In this document: positions 1 through 12,589 of the stretch, in pieces
Layout: every line of letters starts with the position of its first letter
Numbering within the stretch: the stretch's first letter is position 1
Origin: Conidiobolus incongruus B7586
Taxonomy: Eukaryota
Reading direction: 5' to 3'
Length of the DNA stretch: 35,256 nucleotides
Assembly (NCBI GenBank): GCA_000697335.1
Contig: JNEM01013957.1
Coordinates: forward strand, 1 to 35,256
Program-made: the position numbers and the translations under genes
The notes under the pieces: model-generated
The model's database searches: none
Told to the model about the DNA's origin: nothing
The model's input: the letters and a program-made list of their open reading frames with translations, nothing else

Positions 1-1758
1 ATTTTTAATAATAAAAAATTTATTTTTTTATTTATTTTATATATATATTTTTTTAAAACTAATAATATATTTAAAAAATCAAGAACTAAAAAATCTTATT
101 TTTTTAATATTAAGATAATAATAGGTAAAACTTTGATTAGTTTATTAATAAATATTCAAATTATATTATTATAAAATAGTTATAATACACTCATATTTTT
201 GTATAATGATTATATTTCTGAATTCAATTGTCCTTGAAAATCTACTATTAAATAATTTAATAAATTATATTACTCAGTTATTAATCTATTGAATTTTTGT
301 TTTTGCTTTTGTTTTAAAATATTTTTTACTTAAATCTTTTAAGTAATATATTATCTGAAATATATTACTATTATTTCATTGATGTAAAATGCAATATTTC
401 ATAATGTCTTTTCATATAGAATCAAATTTCTTATATTGTATATTAAATTTCTAAACTTTACTACTAATTTGAATATATTAATCCGAATTTTATATTAAAT
501 AATTCAAATTCAATAATATAAATATGTAACATTGGATATAAAGAAAAAAAAATCATTCCAAAATCAAATTAGTTTTACAAAGTTAATATAATATCCATAT
601 ACTAAGAAATTTGTAATAGTGCTAAAATTAAAAATTTAGACTTTAAGATATCACAAATCAATAAAATCAAGTCGGTAATTTTAATAGCTTGTACACTGTC
701 CGATAGTTTATTAGACTAAAATAAAGCAATTATTACCAATGCCAACTTTAATTATAAAATCACTTTATTAGATTAAAAATAATACTGATTTTCAAATTAT
801 TTTTATTTTTAATAATAAAAAATTAATGAATTTGAATAATTTTTATAATATATATATATATATATATATTGAATCAATAAATTTTTAAAATTTTATTATC
901 AATTATTAATTAATTAATTATTAAATATCATAAATATTAATAATACGGATATATTAATTATTATAATATACTATTAATAAATAAAATTTAGCAAATTGAA
1001 TAAGTAACAGTTTCAAAATAATTATTTTAATTGAAAATTTCGGAGTGTCAAATATTAATTGTATGATAAATTTCAATTGCTTAGAATTTAACAAAGTACA
1101 CTGACTAGCATTGGATTCGAATGTATTGAATTGTAACAACTTGTTTGGATAGGATTATAATTGGCAGCTAATTGTTGATAAACTAATGCCAAAGAACGTT
1201 AAAATTAATCATTTTTTTATCAATTACTTGGCTCTTTTTCGAACAAGAATTTTTCCTGAATTGTTATCTGAACCATATCTATAAGTATCCATTTTTTATA
1301 TTATTAATTGAAATAAGGTGAAATATAGCTTTGAGATAATTTAAATTTTTCATTTATAAAATTTTAATTTAAATATATTGAATTTAATAATTCTACTCTA
1401 AGAAAAATAATATTTAGAGAATTTTAATTTAAAACATATATCCTTAATATTGATTCAATATATTTTAATAATGTTTTCAATATATTGATTTCAATAATTG
1501 TCAAATTATATTATTTATTAAAATTAATATTTTTTATAGTAAATTCTATATGATTACTTAAAATTCCGTTTTTTCCAAATTGGAACAAATACTCAATTAT
1601 TCATATTTATCAAGTTCTTAAAATATATTATTAATTCTTAATATTATTTAATTGTTCACTTCATAAAAATATCCTTATTATTATAATTAATATTTAATAT
1701 TTAATAGATATTTTTCTATATTAAGATAATTATTCAAAGGTAATTAATAGTTATATTC

Positions 1759-1812
<54 letters not shown>
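1759..1812. repeat. (AAT)18 microsatellite
   Basis: Perfect trinucleotide run read directly. Confidence 0.95.
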
Positions 1813-1814
<2 letters not shown>

Positions 1815-3442
1815 AGATTGATAAAATTTAAAGTTAACTCATTTCAGTATTAAAATATATTATTAAGAATAGTTGATTATAATAATAATTTTCAAATTAA
1901 AACAATTTGTCTTTAAATCACTTGTATATATTTCCAATATTATTATAATAGATTAATTAATTTGTCTTAGTTTTTATTGAAAAGATAATACTAGGGTACA
2001 ATTATCCCTATTCTAGTACAGTGAGATTATCCTTATAATTACTTTCAAATCAATTTTCAAAGCAAATTATTAAAGTATTTAACCCTAAATCAAATAAAAA
2101 CTAAAAACATGTATGATAATCTCTAATCTCTAAATTTAAAATTAATTAGTTTAAAATATTATTAAGGTTTTCAATTAATAATATATTTAGCATTTTATTA
2201 ATTTTATCTGAATTAGGAATTAAAAAGAGAATAATTTTAGAATAATATTGAATTAATAAATAAGTAAATAAATTTAAAATAATAATATTGAATAATTTGT
2301 ATATATTATTAATAATCTAAGAGATGATCATTTAATTTTGAAATTAAGCCATTTTAAAGTAATAATAATAATAAGTTTCTTCTCAAATTTGAATATTTTC
2401 CATGTAATGTAAAATATATTTCACTTAAATCTCAAAAATGTAGAATAGTCATATGTCAACCTACAATTCTATAAAAAGTGATTAAGATAAAAATAGCATT
2501 TTAAGTTAACTTTATAGCATAATTAAATCGAGATGTATATTATAGAAATTATGTAAGTAATAATATACTATGCCATATATTAACAATATTCATTAAATTC
2601 AATTTGTGTTAACTATATTCATTAGTTTTATGGCTTAAAATTTAAATAATAAAAATAAAATAAAAAGTAATTTTTTTATATTCATTAATTTTTAATTAAA
2701 TTTAATATTTTTAATTATTATATATATATTATTAAAAGGAAATTATTTTTAAAAAAAATATATTTATTATAACCTAATGTTAAATGTAGTATCTAATATT
2801 AATAAGTTAAGAAATTTAAAGTCATATAAATTGATTAAATTTAATCATCTTTTGTTTTAATTTGGGTTACATCAATTCATAAAATAGTACTTAAAATATT
2901 AAATATGTAATAGTGTACTTAATGATTATGTACATTTTATCATATATTTTAATCCTAACTACATTTGATTAATATTGAATACAATTTGATGCAGTACTCC
3001 AAATAGTAATACAGTACCCACTCCCACAGTTAATTAGAATCAGTATCTGCGCTTTGGATTGAAAGTAGAATGGATCCAAGGGAAAGGTACTCAAATTCAT
3101 TTCAAATTAGTAAAATTTTAAAAAACATATTAAAATTATTGATACCTTGAAAGAAATTACTAATTGGACTAAATTTATCCGATTAACTTAAAGATAGAAT
3201 AAAAAAAAATAAAAAAAATTTTTTTTAGAATATGAGAAAAATTGATTAAATTAAATTAATAATAAAAAAATATAAAATAATTATAATATAGTATTAAATA
3301 ATTTATTGAATATAATATACATAAAAAAATATATATATAGATACTTTTTGGATGTTATACAATAGAAGGAGGGTAAAGAATATAGGATCAATTTATCCTA
3401 TTACTTTGAACACTTAATAATATATTCTCTAGTTAAATTCAA

Positions 3443-4006
3443 CTATTTGGAATTTAATTTGGAAAAATTTTGGAACACTTTCGATAGTGATCGGGATCTT
3501 TCACGTGTAGCAGTTGTTTCGGTGGGCGTTTTCGGTGTTATAGGCTCAAAATCAATGAGAGATAATTCGTCATCATCGAGGAATTCGCCTAATGGGAGTC
3601 TATGTACAAGATCTTCGTCGAATGAATCGAGGTGTGATAAAGAAGACGAAGATGAGGATGAAAAGCTTCTGAAGGAGGACATGGAGGGAAACTTGATGCG
3701 TTTGGGGAGGATTGAGGTCTTCTTAGGTGATGGAGATGTGGGACTGAAAGAGCTAGTATTTGAAATAATTGGCTCAACGCTATCAGCAGAATAACTGTGT
3801 TTATGATGGTAAATGGGAAGGCTGGATTGAGAAACACAATGTATTTTAGTGTTTCTATAGTTTGTATTATTGGATTCTTTGCAAGCTTGACGGTTGATGT
3901 TGCTAGAGTTGAGGTACTTTTGGGCTTGATTCAACCAATTCTCCAAATCTTCCTCTTCTCTGATTTTAAGATGAATAATGGTGCTGGTTTGAGTAGTGTC
4001 ATCCAT
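3443..4006 (-). CDS. Hypothetical Ser-rich, largely disordered protein (187 aa)
   Basis: Intronless ATG-to-TAG ORF forming a clear GC-elevated island in very AT-rich flanks; Ser/Pro/Asp-rich tracts; no recognisable domain. Confidence 0.7.
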   Translation of the reverse strand: MDDTTQTSTIIHLKIREEEDLENWLNQAQKYLNSSNINRQACKESNNTNYRNTKIHCVSQSSLPIYHHKHSYSADSVEPIISNTSSFSPTSPSPKKTSILPKRIKFPSMSSFRSFSSSSSSSLSHLDSFDEDLVHRLPLGEFLDDDELSLIDFEPITPKTPTETTATRERSRSLSKVFQNFSKLNSK

Positions 4007-7000
4007 TTTAAATAAATATATACAAGAAATAACTCAAGAGTCAATCAATGATATTGAGTTTAATCCAAGAGATCAGATATAATATAGTCAAAGGTAACCT
4101 ATTTGTGATAGTGAGAACTGTAGGGTATTTATACCCAACATCAATTATTACGGATATATTAATTAAAATAATTTGATGTTGAGAGGAATTGCAATATGTC
4201 AACATTTCTCTTCTTTTAGAATTGGTGTGTGGCTACACAAATTCAATTAAACGCCTAAAAAAGATCAACTGGATACGAATTCTAATTGGGTGACCCTCAC
4301 TTTTACCCACTTACTCATTGAAATAAATTTTTATAAAACTGATTGGATAATATAGGATTAATCCACTATCAGCCAATGGATTTCCTTCATGTGATTTCAC
4401 CGAATTCTCGAATTTTTTTACTGGTTACCAAATATTTCTAAAATCAATTTCAACTTGAATTTTATCAGTAAAAAACAAAAAATTTAAAATCAAAAGCAAT
4501 GCCATAAAAAACACCAAAATCGAAAAGCCAATCTGAACTTTGAAACTAATAAAATATAAAAAGTAAAACTTGGCTATGTGAAATTGGTTGAATACTTTAT
4601 TTTTGATAATCTAAGAAATGCTGTTATAATAGTATGAGGTGATTTAATAATAGATAAATAACATTATTAATTAACATTAATTATCCAACTGAAAATTATT
4701 CAATCCATGAATTCATGTATATAATCATAACAATGAAGTAGTGATTATTATTATTATATTCTTTATAAAAAATAATGCAAACATGTATTAGAATATCGTT
4801 TTATAAAAAAATTAAAAAACTATTAATTATATTAAATCCCGAATTATTAATTTATATTAATTATTTTTCAAATTTGAAATTGAATATTATAAAAATTATT
4901 TTAATCATCAATATTATTATCAAATTCAAATATTTCAATCTAAATTAAAAAAATATTTTATCAGATATTGATTTTTTCCAAAATTATAATTATCATCATT
5001 AAACTCATATGATAAGGAAGCATATAATTGAGACATTTATTTGTTTTTTTATAGTCATAATACTCTTTTACTTATTTCTTTATATTTTCAATTTAAATAA
5101 AAACTAATATATTTAATCATATGAGAATATATTTATCCATCGATAATTTAATAAATATAAATCAAATAAATTATTTATTAAATTATTTAAATTCAAAATA
5201 TTTGATAAAAAAATATTTCAATATAATAAATTTCATATGAATACAATATAAACCAATATAAATATTACTTTTACTATCTTTTTTGCATATTCTTAATATG
5301 ACTATTTAAGTTTAAATTTTCATCAATATATTTAAAAAAACTATTAAATAAACTGTGACTTTATCAATTAAAAATATGATCAACTATCTGACTAATTTGA
5401 AATAAATTTAACAAATCTATTATGAACAAATATTTAATTGTTTTCTTTTGAAAATTTAGAAATAAAACATGTGCAAATCAAAAGTACAACATATATATAT
5501 ATATTATTTTCAATAAGTACAAGAATTATAATTATCAGAAGTTTTTTAATTAATGGGTTTTATCTTGCTTTTAAAGCTTGAAAAACGTGAAATTAAGTGT
5601 GATTTTTTGTTTTAGAAATTAAAATAATTAATAATTAATAATCATAATTCTTTTAATAACTTGATTATATCTTTTTTTGTAAATATATATTATTATCATA
5701 ATATATTCAATATTAATTCAAATATAAAAAATATTCATTAAAAAATTTTTTTGTTTATTTGAATTTAGCATAAATTAGATATTATATGAAATTTAAATAA
5801 TTTTATATTTAATATTGTTATTTATTAAAATGAGGTATATTGTCTAATAATTAGAATATAATAGATTGATAGTTATACCTATTTAAAAATAATATATTTT
5901 CAATTTTTTTATAGATAATTAATTTATCATATTTGACTATTGCAAAAAAAGAATAAGACAAAGATATTTAGTATAATCAATTCATTATTTAAAATTTTTA
6001 TATTTTAATAGATATAAATTTTAACAAAAGATTATATGGATTAATTCCTGTATCTTTAAAACTTATTTTAATAGAAAAATAAGTATTTCATTGTTGAAAA
6101 TAAATGTTAAATTATCAAATTCAGATCTTATGAATAGTTGCATCCAGTTAACTTATCGAAATTATGATCTCTCTTTCCTTTAAGAGGTTTATAAGATAAA
6201 CATGATAGTTTTAATTAGGATTTATCATACTAATAGTAGTATTTTTTTATTATTAGTATTTTTTATTTTAATTTTATACAATAAATTTAAGTTTTAAATT
6301 AGTTAATAATATAGAAGAAAATATATATATATATATATTTTAAAATTAAAATAATTGAAATTTAATTTTAATTTTAAAATAAGATAATTAAAATCAAATA
6401 TTCTTAAAAATTTTTATCAATTATAAATAAAAAAAAATTTAAAATAACTCATTTTTGTTTAAACTAATTAGGTGCTATTTGACATGTCATATTGCATTCG
6501 AGAATATAGAAGTGCATAATTTGAATTAAAACATTAAAACCGAAAAGAAATCAAATTATTGGAAGAAATTTATATCCGTTTATTACGCCTCATAATCTGA
6601 TAGATTTTAATTGATATCTAATGGTGCTAGATGAATCCACTGATTCATATTATCTCATCAATTTTACATTTTAGTTCTGCATGCATTTATTGAATTTATT
6701 ACCTTCCGTTTTTCTAGATTGAATGCTCTAAACTCTTGGAAATGGACATTTTAGTAGAATTGATGAGCTTTTAACAATTGTAGTAGCAATTATATATTGG
6801 TATGAGTGATTATTTTAATCTAATGCAAAATTAATTAGGATTAAATTAATGTTAATATTTTTATCCATAATTGTTAATAATAATAATAATATTAATAATA
6901 ATAATAATTAATTTAATGGACAAAATAAATAAAAGTTATTAATATTTTAATATTAATTTTCAATAAAATAATAATTAATATTCGGTGTAAATTAATTATA

Positions 7001-7668
7001 GTAATTGTAAGAATTTAATAATATAATTTTATTGAATTTACTATTATAGAACTTTGATGATTATGATTAATATATATATATATATATATATTTTTCAACT
7101 ATCAATTATTTTAAAATACTTGTTTTTTTAATTTAAAAATTCTAGTATTAAATCAATTAAATCAATTAAATCATTGATTTCTCAAATATATATATTATAT
7201 TAAAATAGTTTTCGAAATTAAGTTAATTGATTTATTGAATCTTGTCAGATAATATAATAAATAATAGAGGTTAACATGGAGGATTTTAATATTGAATAAT
7301 AGCCAATAAACAATTTAGTTTTTTTGCACGAAATTTAAGTGTATTCATATTCTATTTTATTAATGTGAATTTGTATATAGTAATAACTAATGAAATATTT
7401 CAAAAATAAGTTGAATACAAATACACACTTAGTTTTTCTTTGAAATTTGCAAATTAGCTCATAATTCATTATAATTCAAAATTTCAACTATTAATTTTAT
7501 AATGTAATCTATTTTTTAATATAATTATAAATATTAAACATTATATTTTAATATCTATCGAATGATTACTCATATATTAATATTTCTTATATTGAAGCTA
7601 ATGATTTAATTATTCTGGTATGTGTTATAATTAAGATAAACTCCAAAAGGTATCTATAATTTTTTTTC

Positions 7669-7704
<36 letters not shown>
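7669..7704. repeat. (AAT)12 microsatellite
   Basis: Perfect trinucleotide run read directly. Confidence 0.93.
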
Positions 7705-9001
7705 CAATTAAGTTATAATTTTATTATAATCTGGTCACTTGGTTAATTATAGGCAACAGTCATTAATCCAAATTTCAATTGAATATATTTTGAACCGCTA
7801 GTTTATTAATTATTATTCCAAATATTCTATTAAAAATTATAATATACCCTTAATAAAATGAATTTACTATAATCTAACATTTTTAATAGACTAAGAAAAA
7901 TCAACTATTACATGAATATGCTAATTAACTTAAATCAAAATTCCAAGAGAAATATAAGTATTGAATTTTAATATTCTCTTCAATACTAAGTCAATTTACT
8001 TTGCAATATTAATACGTTTTTTAATAGTGCATGGAGATTAATGCAGTTATAGAACCTCTCCGATTAATTTATAGTTATTTTTGGTAATAAATTAATGATT
8101 GACAATATGTGATTACTTTATAAATTTTTAATAAAAATCAAATATTTTGTAACAATTTTCCACTATTTTAAATTTAATATAATCAAGTTACGTATTACAA
8201 ATTTATTTTTTTTGATTTATTAAAATTTTAAAAATCCTCTTTTTTTAATATTTTAATTAAATAAAATTTAGTTTAATATAGTAAAATATAAATTATAAAT
8301 CATAGTGATTAATAAAATAAGATATTTATAGTAGTTATTTTATAATTTACTAAAGAATCTGAAATAAAGTAATGACTTAAAACAATTACAAATATGCTAA
8401 ATATTAAATGAAACAATTTCCATTTTATGTTTTAATTAATCGAACTATTTGAAATTTAATTTAATTTTTTATAATTTAGTGATATCAAAAGCAATTAATT
8501 GATAATCACCAATTTATAGTTTAATTTCATATTCTGATATCATTAGTTATTACACCAAGTTATTTCATAGTTAGATTATTCAATTATATATAAATGATGC
8601 AATGAATTAATTGAATAATCAAATATTAAATTGACGTTGGAATTTAATAAATCAAAGTAATTGACAGCGATTAAAGGGTATAACAAGTAAAATAGTATTA
8701 GATTAGCAACATATAAGAATATTGACTTCAAAAATTGATTGATATTTAATTTTAGTATGCATTACACATTTAAAATTTACATAATAATTTATCAATTCTA
8801 AAATAACGATTTTAACGTTTAATTGATTAAAATATTCTTTAATAATTTGAAGGGATTCTTTAATGATTATTAAACTCAATAATCGCAGGGTCTTAAGGGG
8901 TTGGCAATTTAATTAATGTCAAATTCATTTGGTAATATATATTGGTGATCATTCTTCAATCTTTTCAATTTTTAACAATAATATCTACTTCAATTTTCAA
9001 T

Positions 9002-11777
9002 ATGGAAGACAACTTGCTAGACTTTCCCATTAATCGAAAATTAAAATCTATAGTAATAGCATTTTAATTCATCTATTTAATCTATCTTACTAAATAATAA
9101 CTAGATACTAAATAATGATATAAGGGAATTCAAGTTGTATATTAAAAATCATTTTGAAACTATAGTAATTCATATTAACATGAACTTAAACAACCTGTAA
9201 TAACAGAGAATTGCTTAGAATTTAATTGATATAACTATTTTATTAATGAAAATTCAAAATTTTGAATTTGTTAAAATTGGATTTAAATAGTAATTTTATT
9301 AAATTTATTTTTCATTTTTTTTATATTTTTATTAATAAATTTATAGCTGTTGCAAAATGGTTGATTTGAGTAATTTGGGTTTAATCAAAGGTAAATAAAT
9401 ATAAATATTTAAATTTTAATACTCTAATTAATAAAATTTCCAGTTATTCATATTGGATTATGGCTCTTCAATCCATCTCCTCCAATACTTAATCAAACTA
9501 TAGGGCTTAAGTTTATTGAACATATGAATAGAATGTTTATTCAGTAAGTGACCTTAATGGATTCTATATATTATATTAATTAATATTCATACTTACCAAT
9601 AATATATCTAGATGTGTACAGTTAAATTCTAAGAAGAATGAGTTCACATTAATTAACCAAATTAAAGACTATTGCAATAATTTTTATCAATATAGTAATT
9701 TTATTAATATATTTTTTAATAGTTTTAATATCAAAGCTAATCATTGTTTTTAGTATTAAAATTAGATAATTCAAATATACATATTTATCAAAATTTATTA
9801 ATTGATTTTATTTGGTCAATTATTGATTTCAATAATATTCAATTAAATGTATTTTTGATTCAATTTTTATTAGATATTGATCAAATCAAAGGGTATATCA
9901 TACTTGTATAATATTATTCTTCTTTTTTAATATGATAATCTATTAGATTGGGCAAATACGTTGTCAAACACCGATTACATTATCAATGGGATTTAGATTG
10001 GATTGTATTGGTTAATAACCATTTAGACCAATTAATAAAACCTGTCATAACTGAGTCAAAGAGTGGCTCGAAAGAGGATCCATTGAATGAGTGTATGGAT
10101 TTTGCTAGTCAAATTTCTGTTAAAGGCTTGGTGTGGTGGTTTAGGTTTCAAAAAATCAAATTAATGTCACTTCAGGTCCCTTATCCCCAACTGAAAGATC
10201 AATTAGCACAAATTAAAAGAGATCTCAGGAGATCCAAAGAGCTGACTCCAAAGCAAGTGAAGGTTTTGATTGAGCAAAAACTGAAACAGCAGTGGATTGC
10301 GTTACATGAGGTAAAAACAAAATGAACTGCCAAGTATTCTTTTATTAATAATGGATTTTAGTATTATTTTAACCAATCAGAGGCAATTGATATCCTTTTA
10401 CAATTTCAGGCTATTTGTAATGATCGTGCTGGATTGATTAATTTAACTAATAGAGAACAATTGAAGGAATTGATAAATAAGTTGCAACTGGCCATAGATA
10501 GCATTGATTCTAATTTCCCTCTACATTACGCCTTCCAATTAACTCAAGCTTATTACTCAATATTAAATCAATTTAACTTTATCTGGCTTTATCAATCAGA
10601 AAGTAGCCAGTTATCTCACTCCATACAATGGCCCCATGCCAATACACCGTACCTGATTGATCCAGTTGAGCTCATCTTAACAAACAAGATTCGATTCAAT
10701 AACCCAAGCATACCTCAGGCTGAAAGAGATTGGAGTGGTGCTATTTTGAAACGTATGGTCAAGGCAATGGAGTCGGAGTTACCTAAATACCAGCTTGAAA
10801 ATATTAGTTGGGAGTTAGATACTTTCATTACGACCATGTCAAGTTTTATTGATACAATAGTATGGAATAATCTGTTCATTCAGTTATTTCCAAACTTAAA
10901 ATGGCAATCTGCACCATCTGGTACTTTAAATTTGAATGACATAGAATTGTTTTGTTTTCACTTACTGTTGCAAAAAATGATGTATTTGATGGAGCATTAC
11001 AAAATTCAGCATTTCAACCAATTCCAATTGTTATGGCATTTGAAATCAGATTTCCTCAGTTCCAGTCAAATTGAATTTTGGAGGTATTGTCTAGTGGAAT
11101 ATGGCATCTTTGGCTATCTGAAACCTTATATTCCATCAATATCTCAGTCACAGTTCACTAAATGTTTAAACGAAATCCGAGGCCATAGTATCCATCCTAA
11201 GTATTGGGATCAGTTCCGGTCAATTGAACAGATTTACAACCAGTTAGTGAATAGAATATCAAAATATCATCCATTATTCAGTCATTATCAATCAGCCAAA
11301 TTCACTTTAAAATTTCAGAAAAAGGAAAAATATTTGATATTACCAGATATCAATACTGGTAAAAAATTTTATCCTATCTTGGATTTTAATTATAGTGATC
11401 ATAGCCAAGTCAATAAGGATAATTTAATTAATATAAAACAGTTGAATCCCAAGCATTTCTGTCATTTGAATGACTCTCAACTAAGGTATTGGATTAAATG
11501 CTGTTTAAAATTGGAACAATCATTGCACCATTCAGATAATAATGATAATTCATCAAAAGACTCCAATACATCTCCCATAGGCTCTAATGAATTGACATTT
11601 AACCAGCGAAGGCAGCCTAATTCAACTACTTCTAAGCCGAGTCGACTGAAATTCATCCCAACAGCAGATTGTCCCAACCTGATCCCAGATCTCAATTCAC
11701 CTAACCCTTCTCCCTTTATTTTGAAAACACCTCAAGATCCTCATTTTTTATACTATGATGACGATAAATACGATTAA
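9002..11777 (+). CDS. 9-exon gene, ~775-aa alpha-helical protein; candidate Nup358/RanBP2 N-terminal-domain-like
   Basis: Phase-consistent GT-AG model: exons 9002-9052, 9105-9164, 9219-9289, 9347-9390, 9444-9543, 9612-9694, 9754-9892, 9947-10310, 10362-11777 (2328 nt, no internal stops), absorbing track ORFs 9948..10325 and 10434..11777. The last two exons are secure, the 5' exons moderately so, and the product call is tentative. Confidence 0.75.
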
Positions 11778-12376
11778 ATTATTAATTATTTTCATTAATA
11801 TCTATTATAATTTTAATTTTTATAAGAATAAATTAATTATAATAATTTTTTTTAAATATTTTATTAAAAAATATTTCAATTTTTTTTATTAAAATTATTT
11901 AATTAAATTAAATCAAAAATATTTTATAGATAATATATTAATATAAAAGTGTGTTAAATATTTTAATTATTTTAATGTGTTTATTAATTTATAATTAATC
12001 AAAATTATATTATATATATATATATATATTTTTCAATATTAATAATTAAATCTATTTTAATTTTGTTGATTTATATAATCATCATTTAAAAAGTTATAAA
12101 TTGATTTATTTAATATTTGCATGATTATATAACAATGATTCAATATTTATTTTAACTTAGTTAAATAGACTCTCTCTCTCAATCAATATAAAAGTGACAT
12201 TTTCATTGAAAATTACAAGGATATTAAATTCATAATAAATATGCTAATATTGTTTTTTTTGATAATTATTACAATTTAAAAACAAACATTTATCACAGCA
12301 ACATAAATTATTATTTAAATAGTAACTTAAAATTTATATGGGAAATTTATTTATTATTGGATAAATTTATAATAAA

Positions 12377-12384
<8 letters not shown>

Positions 12385-12408
<24 letters not shown>
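12385..12408. repeat. (AT)n dinucleotide microsatellite
   Basis: Run read directly; similar shorter runs near 850, 6321, 7070 and 12011. Confidence 0.9.
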
Positions 12409-12413
<5 letters not shown>

Positions 12414-12553
12414 TAAATTCAATATCTTATAATAAAAATTTTATCAATTTAATTAATTATCAAAATATAATTTAATAAAAATAAAAAAATTATTATTAAA
12501 AAATATCTTTTTATATTTTTATTATAATTTTGTCAAAAATTTATATTAAAAAA

Positions 12554-12589
<36 letters not shown>
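12554..12589. repeat. (ATT)12 microsatellite
   Basis: Perfect trinucleotide run read directly. Confidence 0.93.

Noticed and set aside
954..1139. 61-aa track ORF and similar short AT-rich ORFs (26075-26308, 30486-30692, 32755-32979)
   Set aside because: I/L/K/N/F-rich translations typical of random AT DNA, mostly non-ATG starts, no motifs or splice support.
3447..4015. Antisense or alternate-frame ORFs over real genes (also 11477, 15273, 15664, 17641, 18036, 22074, 22323, 25217, 29876)
   Set aside because: Shadows of GC-richer coding exons; no independent evidence.
6621..6674. MVLDESTD peptide resembling the hAT (Buster/Charlie) LDESTD catalytic motif
   Set aside because: The frame closes within ~17 codons, with no other transposase motifs or TIRs nearby; likely chance.
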